DNA from: a bacterium | GTDB taxonomy: Bacteria > Patescibacteriota > Patescibacteriia > UBA10025 | DNA: 64,000 nucleotides | NCBI GenBank assembly: GCA_021815445.1 | Contig: JAKAGM010000001.1 | Span: 467,710-531,709, forward strand | Direction: 5' to 3' | Shown: piece by piece, positions 46,870-57,118 of the stretch | Numbering within the stretch: position 1 is the stretch's first letter | Layout: each line of letters opens with the position of its first letter | Position numbers and translations under genes: made by a program | The notes under the pieces: model-generated | Told to the model about the DNA's origin: nothing | What the model saw: the letters and a program-made list of their open reading frames with translations, nothing else | Database searches by the model: none

Positions 46870-48438
46870 CTATTCTTCCCCCACAACTTCGCCTCCGAGA
46901 GATTCAAGAAGTCCTGCAAATGCTCCGCTTTCCGGCTCAGAGGAGACGGGACCGGGGTTTGGGGCTTGTTGATCTTCCTCCACAATCGACGTAGTATATT
47001 CAAGATCCTGCGAGCTTTGTTCGCGGAAAAGCGGAAGGAGGATCGCACGGGACTTTACGCTATTCGCCTGTTCTGCGAGCAATTTGAAAGGAAATCCGAG
47101 AGTCAGCAGGGAACCGTCAAATGACACTACCTTGCCGGCTTTGAGCAGCAGATAGAGCCCCCTATGGTCTTTCCGCACGCCTTCCAGAATTTTCGGCCAC
47201 CATGCGTGTATCGCGTTAAGGGACGTGGCCGAAGCATGGGGCTTTTGGACGCGAGGCGGAGCGACGGGCGGGGATGCCGTTTTCGCCTTTTTCTTTTCTT
47301 CTGTGGCGGGAGGTACTTGCGGAGAAGCGGGTTGAGCTTGTCGCCCGCCGGACTGAATGATAGACAAGACGGCAAGTTCAAGGGGAAGCTGGGGCAGCGG
47401 GGCATCGCGTGCTTCGCTTTTCTTTTCCAGCAGCGTTTCAATGCTTGCGAGGAGGCGGTCAAGCGTATATCCCCCGGCGACCGAGCGCAGCGCGCCTATG
47501 GCATCATCATCAAGACCGCTCTGGTCGAATTCCGACAATCCGCCGCCGACATTGATCAGCACAATCTTGCGAAGGAGTTCAATGAGGTCGTCCATGAGCT
47601 CGCCCATGTGCGCTCCCTCGCTTGCCAATCTGTTTACCAGCGTCAACGCAGAAACGGTGTCACCGTTTTGAAGATATGTAATGAGCTGAATTAATGAATG
47701 CACGTCCGACCGGGGAAGGACAAGGTCGGCCTGCTCCTGGGTAATTTTCGCATCCCCAAGAGCCAGAAGCTGGGTAAGCAGCACCTCGGCATCGCGGCTT
47801 GAACCGTTCGCTCGCCGCGCAATTGTCCTCATGACATCGGGATCTACGGAAACTTTTTCTTGTTTTGCTATAACGTCCAGACGCTTCATAAGATCTTCTG
47901 TCCCAATCCTTTTGAAATCGAATCGCTGGCAGCGAGAAATGATCGTCTCTGGGACTTTATGGATCTCTGTCGTTGCGAGGATGAACATAGCGTGAGCCGG
48001 CGGCTCTTCAAGTGTTTTTAAGAGAGCATTAAAAGCGGACGTTGAAAGCATGTGCACTTCATCAATGACAAAAACCTTCATGGGCAGCCGTTGCGGGGTA
48101 AATCGGGAGTTTTCTATAATGTGTTCACGCACATGGTCGACGCCTGTATTCGACGCAGCATCAATTTCGATAATATCGAGTGATCTCCCCTCGAGTATTT
48201 CCGTGCAAAAATCGCAGGTGTTGTCCGGTTCGCCGTCTTTTATTTTCTTGCAATTAACAGCTCTGGCAAGAAGGCGTGCCGTAGTAGTTTTTCCGACGCC
48301 TCTCGGACCGGAAAAAAGATACGCATGCGCCACCTGGCCGTTTTGTATCTCATGCAGGAGAGACGTTTTGATTGTATCTTGCCCTACAAGCTTAGAAAAT
48401 GTCTTGGGCCTGTATTTGCGGTAGAGTGCTAATGACAT
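46870..48438 (-). CDS. dnaX: DNA polymerase III subunit gamma/tau.
   Basis: N-terminal YRKYRPKTFSKLVGQD, Walker A GPRGVGKTTTARLLA, Zn-module CxxC (CKKIKDGEPDNTCDFC), and Walker B/sensor VFVIDEVHMLS. Confidence 0.9.
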   Translation of the reverse strand: MSLALYRKYRPKTFSKLVGQDTIKTSLLHEIQNGQVAHAYLFSGPRGVGKTTTARLLARAVNCKKIKDGEPDNTCDFCTEILEGRSLDIIEIDAASNTGVDHVREHIIENSRFTPQRLPMKVFVIDEVHMLSTSAFNALLKTLEEPPAHAMFILATTEIHKVPETIISRCQRFDFKRIGTEDLMKRLDVIAKQEKVSVDPDVMRTIARRANGSSRDAEVLLTQLLALGDAKITQEQADLVLPRSDVHSLIQLITYLQNGDTVSALTLVNRLASEGAHMGELMDDLIELLRKIVLINVGGGLSEFDQSGLDDDAIGALRSVAGGYTLDRLLASIETLLEKKSEARDAPLPQLPLELAVLSIIQSGGRQAQPASPQVPPATEEKKKAKTASPPVAPPRVQKPHASATSLNAIHAWWPKILEGVRKDHRGLYLLLKAGKVVSFDGSLLTLGFPFKLLAEQANSVKSRAILLPLFREQSSQDLEYTTSIVEEDQQAPNPGPVSSEPESGAFAGLLESLGGEVVGEE

Positions 48439-48564
48439 GGTTGGAAAGTTGTGTTACAAACACTGCCGTGGTTCAAGTATAGCCCTTCAACCGCCCTTTT
48501 GGCAATGCAAACCTACCCACTCCCCGAAGGAGGTGAGTTTTTTGAAGCCCGGCTGGTATTTTTT

Positions 48565-49266
48565 TCAGTTAATATCGTCGATCGCGTCGGCATCAGGAGC
48601 ACCCGCTTTATCTTCGGTAACCTCAGGTTCAGTAACTTCGCCATTCCCTTCTGGAGAAAGTGCAGCATGCGACTCGCCTACTTTGATGATATTCTCAACG
48701 GCAGCCCATATCGCCTCAGTGGCTTTGGGCACAAGAATAACTATCTCGTCTCCCGGCTGGCCCTTGAAATAAGTGATGGAGGCGAGGAGGACTTTGTAGG
48801 TTTTATTGCCCGCCAGAACTTTGAATTCACCCGTTGTTTCATCGTTAAGCAGTTTCCCCACCAGCCTGTTGCGATCGACGGGTCCGATTTGCTTATAGAC
48901 AAATGAGCCGTCTGCAGTGATAGTGAGCTTCAGCATGTCCCCTTCTACAAGCTTTGACTTGCTCGCGTAGTTCGCCGGTACGCTGTACCGTTTACCGTCG
49001 GGTCCGACCATGTGTTGGCCGTCAAAAATGCCTTCGACAATTTTGTCGTCTCCGCCGGCATTCACCGAGCCGACCTTGCGAGCTTTTTCCTGCACCTTGC
49101 TCGTGTCTTCATTGTCCACACCCATATCGCGTAAAATCTGCCTCGCAGCGTTCAGCGAGGCCTCGGCAGTTTCAAGCATCTGTTGCAGTTCGATAAGTTT
49201 ATTTTGATCCGTCATATCTTTTGTCTTTTTTGCCTTTTTGTGTCTGAATATTGATGTTTTTTGCAC
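48565..49266 (-). CDS. Hypothetical protein with an N-terminal coiled-coil and an acidic C-terminus.
   Basis: ORF of 233 aa immediately upstream of dnaX on the same strand. No recognised motif. Confidence 0.5.
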   Translation of the reverse strand: MQKTSIFRHKKAKKTKDMTDQNKLIELQQMLETAEASLNAARQILRDMGVDNEDTSKVQEKARKVGSVNAGGDDKIVEGIFDGQHMVGPDGKRYSVPANYASKSKLVEGDMLKLTITADGSFVYKQIGPVDRNRLVGKLLNDETTGEFKVLAGNKTYKVLLASITYFKGQPGDEIVILVPKATEAIWAAVENIIKVGESHAALSPEGNGEVTEPEVTEDKAGAPDADAIDDIN

Positions 49267-49372
49267 CCCCGTGCTGAGGACACAAACTAGCGATGTCAGT
49301 GTAGCAGTAGTATCTATCCGCCGTCAACCCTACGCGAAAGGCGCCCCTGAATACTTCTGTGAGTTCCGGCCA

Positions 49373-49903
49373 CTAGAGCGTGTAGACAAAAATCGGGATC
49401 GATTTCTCCGTTGGCTTGTCGACCCGTTCCGGTACCCAGCCCGGAATTGAAAAACTGTATGAGATCACCCTGGCTCCGGGTTTCAACTCAGCACGAAACT
49501 TCGGAGCTATTTTTTTCATTGCCATTGGGGTAAGGAAGCAAAAAACGACATCAGCGGGACTGAGGTCTGCGGTAAAGAAATCGGCAAAGCGCACCTCAAC
49601 GCACTTGTGGAGGCCCGCGGTGAGCAGTCTAATCTGTGAATAAAGAAACGGGAGCACGGACACTTCATATCCGATAGTCCGAGCACGGCAATTTCTGCCG
49701 AGAGCCATGAGGACACGGCCGTCACCTGACCCAAGATCAAAGAAAACCTGTTGGGAAGAAAGTCGCGCAAGCGTGACTATGCGGCCGATATCCCTATTGC
49801 GGACCGGAAGCCACGGCGCCGCTCTCAGACTCGCGTATGCGGCCGAACCGAACACAATGATAATAGATATAAAAACCAGTAATAAAACAAAGGGTTCGAG
49901 CAT
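49373..49903 (-). CDS. Small class I SAM-dependent methyltransferase with an N-terminal TM anchor.
   Basis: Motif I VFFDLGSGDGRVLMAL. N-terminal hydrophobic helix FVLLLVFISIIIVFGSAAYA. Confidence 0.55.
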   Translation of the reverse strand: MLEPFVLLLVFISIIIVFGSAAYASLRAAPWLPVRNRDIGRIVTLARLSSQQVFFDLGSGDGRVLMALGRNCRARTIGYEVSVLPFLYSQIRLLTAGLHKCVEVRFADFFTADLSPADVVFCFLTPMAMKKIAPKFRAELKPGARVISYSFSIPGWVPERVDKPTEKSIPIFVYTL

Positions 49904-49964
49904 ATTTCACTCTAAAAAAATAAACTCACTGCACAGTAATGTCCTACCGGCTGATGAACAAAAA

Positions 49965-50120
49965 TCACGATGAACCCGCGAACATGGAGGATAGGAGTAC
50001 GGTGACAATTGATGCAAGTGATACAAGCGTACTTATCAGGAGAAGGGCAGTCGCGATCTTGTGATGGACATCAACCTTCTCAATAACTTCGACGTCCTGC
50101 GTTTGTCGTTGAAAAGCCAT
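49965..50120 (-). CDS. Unlisted small ORF (51 aa) encoding a C-terminally anchored (tail-anchored-like) membrane peptide.
   Basis: Translating the minus strand by eye gives MAFQRQTQDVEVIEKVDVHHKIATALLLISTLVSLASIVTVLLSSMFAGSS. It is below the 60-aa cutoff of the ORF track. Confidence 0.3.
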   Translation of the reverse strand: MAFQRQTQDVEVIEKVDVHHKIATALLLISTLVSLASIVTVLLSSMFAGSS

Positions 50121-50270
50121 GAAACTATCTGGATAAAAGAAGGCAAAAATGTTTGCCGGATTTCGAATTGTACGACTATTTCGTGCTTTTACTCCTTAAC
50201 TCATGATTATTCGGACGTTCATCATTCGCGCAGCCAAACTCACATTGACCAATGTTGCGCCCGACCGACT

Positions 50271-53200
50271 CTAAAATTGAGGGCAGGATCCGGGCGGCTT
50301 ATTATGTGCTACTATCCCGCTGGCAATATAGGTGTTGTCCGGCGAAACCTCGAGATTGTACACCTTAACTGTTTCATCGACCTCCTGGATTGAGTAAATG
50401 GGTACAGGCCGACTCTGATCATCGGTGAGTGTATCCCCTACCTTGAGCCTGCCGACTTCAACCCATTCGCCGCGAGAATACATCGGGTGTGTTTTTGTGA
50501 CCTTGATTTTCCCATTGATAACAAGATAATTATTTGTCTCGTGTACATACACTTGCGTCACGTTATTATCAACCAACGCGCCAGTTTTAACATCATAGGC
50601 CTTGACCCCATCGCCAACTTTTAAACCCTCTATTGGCCTACTGGAGCCGTCGTTCATGAGGATTGGGGTGCCGGCCAGGAAACTTGAACGGCAAGTTCTG
50701 GGTTGGTTTTGCACGCACGATGTACCGTTGCAATAATATCCCGAGGCACAGGGAGTGCCGCAGGCATTGCCGCATTGGTCGTAGCCGCAGGTTTTGCCGG
50801 CGCACGAACAGGCCTGGCAGCTTCCATTGCCAGTGCAATAGGTTCCCGTCCCACAGCCGCAAACACTGCAATTATTTATCAGGGTTAAATTAGTCTGGCA
50901 GTATAACGGCTTGGTCGCGGAGCAAGATCCGACTAATGTGCCGTCACTGCAATTATTGAAAGTACCGGTCCGATTAATATTCTGGCGGAAAGTGGGCCAT
51001 TGGAGAGCCGCCGTCGATGAAGTTGCAACTGTATAAACCATCAGGTAATTTGTGTCAGAGCCGACCACGATCTCCGGTTTCCCATCCCCATTAACATCGG
51101 CAACAGCCGGACTCGAGTAAACAGCGCCAGGCGCATTATACGGCCATGGCGATACCGGAGTGCCGTCTCCCTGCCAGGCGTAGACCTTGCCATCCATAGA
51201 GCCCACAATAACTTCCGGCGATCCGTTGCCATCCAGATCCGCCAGGGCGGGAGAAGAATATACAATACTACCGGTGGTTATCGGCCATTTACTTGAAACC
51301 GGAGTGCCGTCAGCGTGCCAGGCGTAGACTTTATCATTACCGACGACAATTTCCAGGCCGGCATGCGCCGGATCAAGCTCACCGATGGCGGGTGAAGAAT
51401 CCCCTGATCCTCCGGTTGATTGCGGCCAGCCGGCGACCGGAGTGCCGTCAGCGTGCCAGGCGTATGTTTTGAAGCCCGAGCTCATGACCACTTCCAGCTT
51501 TCCGTCGCCGTCTATATCGGCCACCGCCGGCGAGGAGTAAAAAGAAGCAAACCACCCCGGGGCATCTTCGACATGTTTGGGCAGCCAGCCGGCGGTCTGA
51601 TCCCCGATGTACGGAGAACCATCGGCATGCCAGACATAAACATTTCCCTCTACGGTACCGACAATAACCTCAAGGCCGGGCGTTGACGGGTCCAGATCGG
51701 CAAGTACCGGAGTTGACCTTACCCAGCCCAAAGTAGATTTCGGCCAGTTAGGCACAGTTTGACCGTTTGCTGTCCAGGCATACACCTTGGAATCATACGA
51801 GCCGACAACCACCTCTTTAGTGCCATCTTTGTTGATATCTGCAACAGCCGGTGAGGATAAAACTTTATCACCAGTGGCAATCCCGTTTGTCCATCCAGCA
51901 ACAGCGCTTCCGTCAGAGTGCCAGGCGTAAACTTTATTATTAGCCGATCCAACTATTACTTCGGGCCCCGGAAAGCCAGGATCAATATCCGCTACTGCCG
52001 GCGATGAATAATTACCCGTCACCGGGCCAGTTACTTTTGGCCAACCAATCAGTGTGGCGCCGGCGGAATTCCACGCGTAAATATTTCCTGCATAGTCGCT
52101 GGCAACTACCTCCAGGGAACCCCCGGGAATAAGGTCAGCCACGGCTGGCCCGGAACGTACTGGGCCACCCATAAGCTGTGGCCAGCCGGTGAGGTACGGA
52201 GGCTGGACTATAACTGAAACGATACCCGTACTCGTAACATTGCCGACATAATCGTATGCTTTTGCCTGGAAAGTATGTGAGGTGGGAACGAGATCATTAA
52301 AGGAGGCTACGGCCGAATACGGGCTTGTCGTATCAGTCTCGCGCAGCACAGAGTCCGTATAAAACTCAACTTTCCAAACGCCAACAGTGTCAGACGCGTC
52401 CGCGGACACCGTGACCGGATTGGGAATAGTAACGCCGTTAGTCGGTGAGGTCAGAGTCACGGAAGGGGACGTCGGATCCGTATTTGTAACGGTAAAATTA
52501 ATGTTTGCTGAATCGCCGCTATTATTTGGTTTTGAATAAGGCGTGCCAGCCAGATCGTATGCCCTGGCAAAAATCGTATTTGCGCCATTAGGAATGTGTG
52601 TGGTATCAAGCGTAGCTTGATAGGGCGAGGTCGAGTCGGAGGCAAAAGGCGTAGTCGCGCCATTGAGATAAAATTCAACCTTTTCAATGCCCGAAGCATC
52701 CGAAGCATTAGCCGACACCGTGATATTGCCGGAAACGTTGGCGCCGGCTGTCGGCGCTGTGACAGAAGCAGTCGGTGGCGTAAAATCAGTCTTGCCAATC
52801 GTAATACTTACCGTCAACGCCGAGGATGTTTTTGAGACAGCTCTTATTTGCGTTCCGGTCGCCGGATCAGTGAAGGTTGTTCCGACTGGCAAAGCATTAT
52901 TTGCCAAACTACCCGGCGGAGTCGGATCAATGAGTTCCGAATAATTTAAATCCCCGACAAAGCCAACGTGTAGGAGCGCTCCAGTAAAAACTTCAGTACT
53001 GACACCGCCAATTCCGGTATCTTGTCCGATAGGTTGGCGAAATTCCACGTAGATATAATCTTGCGCTGAACGGGGAATTTTGATCGCTTTTAAATTTGAA
53101 GTGGTAGTAGACATAGGATAAAGGACGTAACTGCCGTTCGTAACCACAGTCTGAAGATTGGTGGCGCTCAACCAACCTAAATTTTCCTTATGCATGGCGT

Positions 53201-54521
53201 TGAAATGCCCGCCCTGGGTAGCGATACCCATGATGTCATAATAGTCGCCGTATTCAACGCGAAAACAGTCGGAATCAGCCACTGAAACCTTCCCGCAATC
53301 GTAAAATTGAGCATGATTATTCCCTAAGCCATGACCGAGCTCGTGCCCGACGACATACTGATCAAAAAATTCCGGTTTAACGCTTGAAACTGACATCTCA
53401 ACATCTCCATCCGGCGAATTGACCGTTACTTTACCTAACGTTGATATCCCCTCCCAAGTGGCACAGCCCCCGCCTCCAAAAGGGGCGGCAAGTACAAGAC
53501 GGCCATAATCATTATAGTTAACTTCAGCGTTAGCCGCGTTTAATAATGCGTTGATCATCGTCGAACTGCCGCAAGTTTGATCGACAGGAATGTTATACCA
53601 GCCGCGAACATCGGCTGCCTGGCCGGCATCAAGTACGCTCTTTATGTCAATCTGCGAATAGGAATTTTCCTGGTAATAGGCTTTTACCTGATTCATAACT
53701 GCTTGCGCTTGCGTGACAGTCAAAGTAGGGGCCGGGGTATTTTGAAAATTGAACAACAGAACCAGTGTTTTTTGATCGCCGAGCACTGGTGTCGCCGTTG
53801 TGACCTGGGATGTTTGATAACCCGTACTCACATTCTGCAGGTCTGTAAGCGCCGCGAATTTGACAGAACCGTCAAACAGCAAATTGCCGTCAATTTGATA
53901 GCCCTTCACTTCTAACTGCGATCCGGGCTTCACCGCCTGCAACGAAGCCTTTGCAGAATGAAGTATAATCTGCTGACCATCCGCCGTTCGCAACGAATAC
54001 TCGTTTTTACTTGTCTTATCGGTGTAATCTACTATCTGAACTTCCAGCTTCCCTCCCACAGTTTTAACGGTTTCCACGCAATCACTGGCGCGCGCTGTAA
54101 TAGCAGTGCGGACTTTATCAGTCAACACCATATTGAGCGCCTGGTCGGGATCCGCGGCCATTGTTTCCATGAAATGCTGCTTTCTTGAGACCAGGGCATT
54201 GTGAAGCGACGCCGATGCCGCCTGCTGAATATCAATCTTGCTAACATCCGAGCTTTCTAATTGGAAGGCGGCCAGGTCATCTTTTGAAAGCGTAACCTGG
54301 TGTACATCCGCTATGGAAGGCAGCGTAACCGGAGAACAGGCCACAGCCGACAATTTTGTTGTCGTCGATAATTGGGTAGTCGTTAACGCCGCCGCAAAAC
54401 CAACCGCCGCCGCTATGCCGGCAAACATCATGACGGCCAAACTGACCTTTTCATAAATATTCACCTCAGTTCTTGTCTCGATGTCTATTCTGTTATTTGG
54501 CATACGTTTTTTATTAGGCAT
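50271..54521 (-). CDS. Giant secreted multidomain protein (1416 aa). Architecture: N-terminal TM/signal anchor, Ig-like regions, a metzincin-type zinc metalloprotease domain, FG-GAP/VCBS-like repeats, a Cys-rich (EGF/keratin-like) module, and a C-terminal Hint (bacterial intein-like) domain.
   Basis: Metzincin motif VVGHELGHGLGNNH with Met-turn YDIMG (~53.3 kb). Repeats KVYAWHADGTP...SSPAVADLD occur about 8 times. Cys-rich CSVCGCGTGTYCTGNGSCQACSCAGKTCGYDQCGNACGTPCASGYYC. Hint blocks SSFLAGTPIL (N-terminal nucleophile position), KVTKTHPMY (TxxH) and VYNLEVSPDNTYIASGIVAHN (C-terminal HN). Confidence 0.9.
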   Translation of the reverse strand: MPNKKRMPNNRIDIETRTEVNIYEKVSLAVMMFAGIAAAVGFAAALTTTQLSTTTKLSAVACSPVTLPSIADVHQVTLSKDDLAAFQLESSDVSKIDIQQAASASLHNALVSRKQHFMETMAADPDQALNMVLTDKVRTAITARASDCVETVKTVGGKLEVQIVDYTDKTSKNEYSLRTADGQQIILHSAKASLQAVKPGSQLEVKGYQIDGNLLFDGSVKFAALTDLQNVSTGYQTSQVTTATPVLGDQKTLVLLFNFQNTPAPTLTVTQAQAVMNQVKAYYQENSYSQIDIKSVLDAGQAADVRGWYNIPVDQTCGSSTMINALLNAANAEVNYNDYGRLVLAAPFGGGGCATWEGISTLGKVTVNSPDGDVEMSVSSVKPEFFDQYVVGHELGHGLGNNHAQFYDCGKVSVADSDCFRVEYGDYYDIMGIATQGGHFNAMHKENLGWLSATNLQTVVTNGSYVLYPMSTTTSNLKAIKIPRSAQDYIYVEFRQPIGQDTGIGGVSTEVFTGALLHVGFVGDLNYSELIDPTPPGSLANNALPVGTTFTDPATGTQIRAVSKTSSALTVSITIGKTDFTPPTASVTAPTAGANVSGNITVSANASDASGIEKVEFYLNGATTPFASDSTSPYQATLDTTHIPNGANTIFARAYDLAGTPYSKPNNSGDSANINFTVTNTDPTSPSVTLTSPTNGVTIPNPVTVSADASDTVGVWKVEFYTDSVLRETDTTSPYSAVASFNDLVPTSHTFQAKAYDYVGNVTSTGIVSVIVQPPYLTGWPQLMGGPVRSGPAVADLIPGGSLEVVASDYAGNIYAWNSAGATLIGWPKVTGPVTGNYSSPAVADIDPGFPGPEVIVGSANNKVYAWHSDGSAVAGWTNGIATGDKVLSSPAVADINKDGTKEVVVGSYDSKVYAWTANGQTVPNWPKSTLGWVRSTPVLADLDPSTPGLEVIVGTVEGNVYVWHADGSPYIGDQTAGWLPKHVEDAPGWFASFYSSPAVADIDGDGKLEVVMSSGFKTYAWHADGTPVAGWPQSTGGSGDSSPAIGELDPAHAGLEIVVGNDKVYAWHADGTPVSSKWPITTGSIVYSSPALADLDGNGSPEVIVGSMDGKVYAWQGDGTPVSPWPYNAPGAVYSSPAVADVNGDGKPEIVVGSDTNYLMVYTVATSSTAALQWPTFRQNINRTGTFNNCSDGTLVGSCSATKPLYCQTNLTLINNCSVCGCGTGTYCTGNGSCQACSCAGKTCGYDQCGNACGTPCASGYYCNGTSCVQNQPRTCRSSFLAGTPILMNDGSSRPIEGLKVGDGVKAYDVKTGALVDNNVTQVYVHETNNYLVINGKIKVTKTHPMYSRGEWVEVGRLKVGDTLTDDQSRPVPIYSIQEVDETVKVYNLEVSPDNTYIASGIVAHNKPPGSCPQF

Positions 54522-54573
54522 AGGATGGAGTAATTATAAGACGAATAGCGAGGTTTGAGAAGAATAATTCTAG

Positions 54574-57114
54574 CTAGAGGGTCCGTTCCCCCACCGCCTG
54601 CGCTTTGGCCATCGTGGCGGGCTTGCCGAGCTGGGAACGCTCCATAATTTCAGCCTCGACAATCTTTTTATCTCTCCCATACCGGAGCCGCGAATACTCG
54701 GTAATCGCTTTTGCCACCTGCGCGTCCCCGTCCTGAGGAGGATATGTCTGCATCGTAAATGGCTTTGAGACGGTATTATCGATGAGGAGCTTGATATTGG
54801 CGTTGTACATGTCGACGTTCATCACGTCGTATTCGTCAAAGACCGGCGCGAACTCTTTCGCCATAGTCTCGGCGTCTTCGACGCCGACGCGGAACGCTAC
54901 GCGCGTCCCCACATTGCCGAATACGGCATCGCGGATGGTGATATCGTCGCCCTGGACCAACTGCGAAATATACTGGTGAGCGATGGTAAGATTAAGCCGG
55001 TACTTTCGCGCCTCGGAGAGGATGGTTTTAATCGAGTCAGTGACGAAATTTTGGAACTCGTCGACATAGAGATAAAAATCCTTGCGCTGTGCCTGGGGCA
55101 GTGACGCGCGTCGCAATGAGGCCATCTGAAGCTTCGAAACGATAATCAGGCCGAGAAGGTTGGAGTTCACTTCTCCCGTCGTGCCTTTCGAAAGGTTGAC
55201 GAGCAGTATTTTCTGTTTGTCCATAATTTCTCCCACATCGAACCCCGACCTGGGCTGGCCGATGATGTTCCTCATCATGGCGTTCTCCACGAACCTGCCG
55301 ACTTTAGAGATGAGGTACCCCAGCATCTCCGATTTGTGAAAATCGGACGTCTTGGCCATCTCCTGTTCCCAAAAAGCCCGTACGACGGGATCGCTCACTT
55401 TTGAAACTTTGTATTTCTGGAATGCGGGGTCGGTAAACATGCGCGGAATCTCCGCTATAGTGCCGGGCGACTCCGTATCGGCCATCAGCGTCAGCATGGC
55501 GTTTCGCATATTGTGCTCGAACATCGGCCCGATCATTTCGGGAGGAAAAAGCTTGTAAAAAATCGCTATCATTTCCTGGATGGCAAAATCACACTCTTCA
55601 GGTGTTTTTGCCTCTAACATGTTGAGGCCGACAGGGCGGTCTGCGTCCGAGGGGTTAAAGATGATTACGTCCTCTGCCCGTTGTTGCGGCACTTGCGCGA
55701 GAACTGCATTGACGAGGTCCCCATGGGGATCCACGACGCACACTCCTTCGCCGTTGACGATGTCCTGCACAATCATGTTTTCGAGGAGCACAGACTTTCC
55801 CACGCCCGACATACCGAGTACGTAGACATGGCGCCGCCTGTCTTCCCGCTTGATCCGTATGACGCTTTCGATGCCGCGGTACATATTATGGCCCAGCACC
55901 AGCCCCTCGCGAGGGATATTGGAGGGCGCGGGAGCTTTTCGCGCCGAGAGCCAGAGGATATTCGGCGTCTCAGTGGTGGGCAGGGGAAAGTGAAAGACGC
56001 TCGCAATCTCTTCGGTATTGAGGATGAGTTTCTTTCCCTCGTCGAACGCCCGATAAATAAAATTATGTATCAGCCCGTCCTGGCGCATCGGATCTTTGCG
56101 AGAAAAACCGTTCCCGTATTCATAGAGCGTGTACTGGTTAAAAGCATCCATGATGTTCTTGAGGAACTGTTGGGCGCGCTCCGGCGTGCTCGAGGAAGTA
56201 AGGATGCGGATATTAACGTCGAGGCCGGCTTTGCTCGTCTTTTCCTCGAGGCGCTTCACGATGTTTTCTTCCATAGGCGAAAGCCGATACATGACGTCCT
56301 GGTCTTTTTTTTCTTTTTTCGGGAAAAAGGTCCGAAAAAGGGTCCTAAAAATCCCGCTGATCCCGTGGGCGCCGAGCGCTTCGTTGAGCTTCTTCCCCTG
56401 CTGCATCTCCCTGGCGACACGGGCGCCCCAGGTGTGCCAGCTCGCTTTTGCGGATCGCGCGACAATCTGGATCGCCACGCCGTCATGCTCCCCTATTTTA
56501 CTGAGCGCGTTCGTGACGGCATTGAGCGGATCGACATCAAGCTCGCGGTACGACCTGATGGGAAAAATATACTGTTTGCGAAATACAAGCGTCGTGCCCG
56601 CGATGAAGCTTTGCGGGGTGAACATGTTATAATCGGGCACTTCATCAATCTGCGCTCGCGGATACTGGGCATGGATTTGCTGTTCCATGAACTGCCTGAG
56701 ATATTCGGGGACGACGACGTAAAATGCAATCACGCCCGCCATCGCCACTATCTCGACGGCAAAATGATCCGTACGGCCGCCCAAAAGCGAGCTTGCGCCG
56801 CGTTGTGCATGCATGCCTCCGAGCGCGTTCCACCACGCTTCAGCGACCACCAGCTGTTCTTCAATCGTCTTCCGTTGATCCTGCTCCGCCGCTTCCTGCT
56901 CCTTCGGCACGGTAACGAGGAGAATCACATGGCGGAGCGCCGAGGAAACTGAACGTTTTTTTTTGATGGTAAAACGGAGTACGATGCTTGCGGCTAATCC
57001 GATGACTACGAGTCCCGCTATGACGATAAATACATAAAAAAGCGGCGAGGAGGAAAATCCCTCCCACATTGCCGCGAGCCCTGATGCGAAATCAATATGA
57101 ATGCCGAACCCCAT
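54574..57114 (-). CDS. Membrane-anchored P-loop NTPase of the VirB4/TraC (AAA-like, DUF87) / type IV secretion ATPase superfamily (846 aa).
   Basis: N-terminal TM helices. Walker A RHVYVLGMSGVGKSVLLENM in the middle of the protein, as in VirB4. Walker B and motif C LYVDEFQNFV...EARKYRLNLTIAHQYISQL...TRVAFRVGVEDAETMAKEF match the VirB4/VirD4 RK...Q pattern. Confidence 0.8.
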   Translation of the reverse strand: MGFGIHIDFASGLAAMWEGFSSSPLFYVFIVIAGLVVIGLAASIVLRFTIKKKRSVSSALRHVILLVTVPKEQEAAEQDQRKTIEEQLVVAEAWWNALGGMHAQRGASSLLGGRTDHFAVEIVAMAGVIAFYVVVPEYLRQFMEQQIHAQYPRAQIDEVPDYNMFTPQSFIAGTTLVFRKQYIFPIRSYRELDVDPLNAVTNALSKIGEHDGVAIQIVARSAKASWHTWGARVAREMQQGKKLNEALGAHGISGIFRTLFRTFFPKKEKKDQDVMYRLSPMEENIVKRLEEKTSKAGLDVNIRILTSSSTPERAQQFLKNIMDAFNQYTLYEYGNGFSRKDPMRQDGLIHNFIYRAFDEGKKLILNTEEIASVFHFPLPTTETPNILWLSARKAPAPSNIPREGLVLGHNMYRGIESVIRIKREDRRRHVYVLGMSGVGKSVLLENMIVQDIVNGEGVCVVDPHGDLVNAVLAQVPQQRAEDVIIFNPSDADRPVGLNMLEAKTPEECDFAIQEMIAIFYKLFPPEMIGPMFEHNMRNAMLTLMADTESPGTIAEIPRMFTDPAFQKYKVSKVSDPVVRAFWEQEMAKTSDFHKSEMLGYLISKVGRFVENAMMRNIIGQPRSGFDVGEIMDKQKILLVNLSKGTTGEVNSNLLGLIIVSKLQMASLRRASLPQAQRKDFYLYVDEFQNFVTDSIKTILSEARKYRLNLTIAHQYISQLVQGDDITIRDAVFGNVGTRVAFRVGVEDAETMAKEFAPVFDEYDVMNVDMYNANIKLLIDNTVSKPFTMQTYPPQDGDAQVAKAITEYSRLRYGRDKKIVEAEIMERSQLGKPATMAKAQAVGERTL

Positions 57115-57118
57115 AAAG

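Noticed and set aside
48439-48564. Looked for SRP RNA (ffs) upstream of dnaX, since ffs-dnaX linkage is common
   Set aside because: The 126-nt spacer lacks the conserved domain IV motifs (GNAR tetraloop helix with AGG...GAAGCAGCCA) on either strand. Only a weak CUCC-UUCG-GGAG hairpin is present.
55681-56952. 423-aa + strand ORF antisense to the VirB4-like ATPase gene
   Set aside because: It lies entirely inside a well-supported minus-strand gene with clear Walker motifs. Its product is Arg/His-rich and low complexity, typical of antisense frames in GC-rich DNA.
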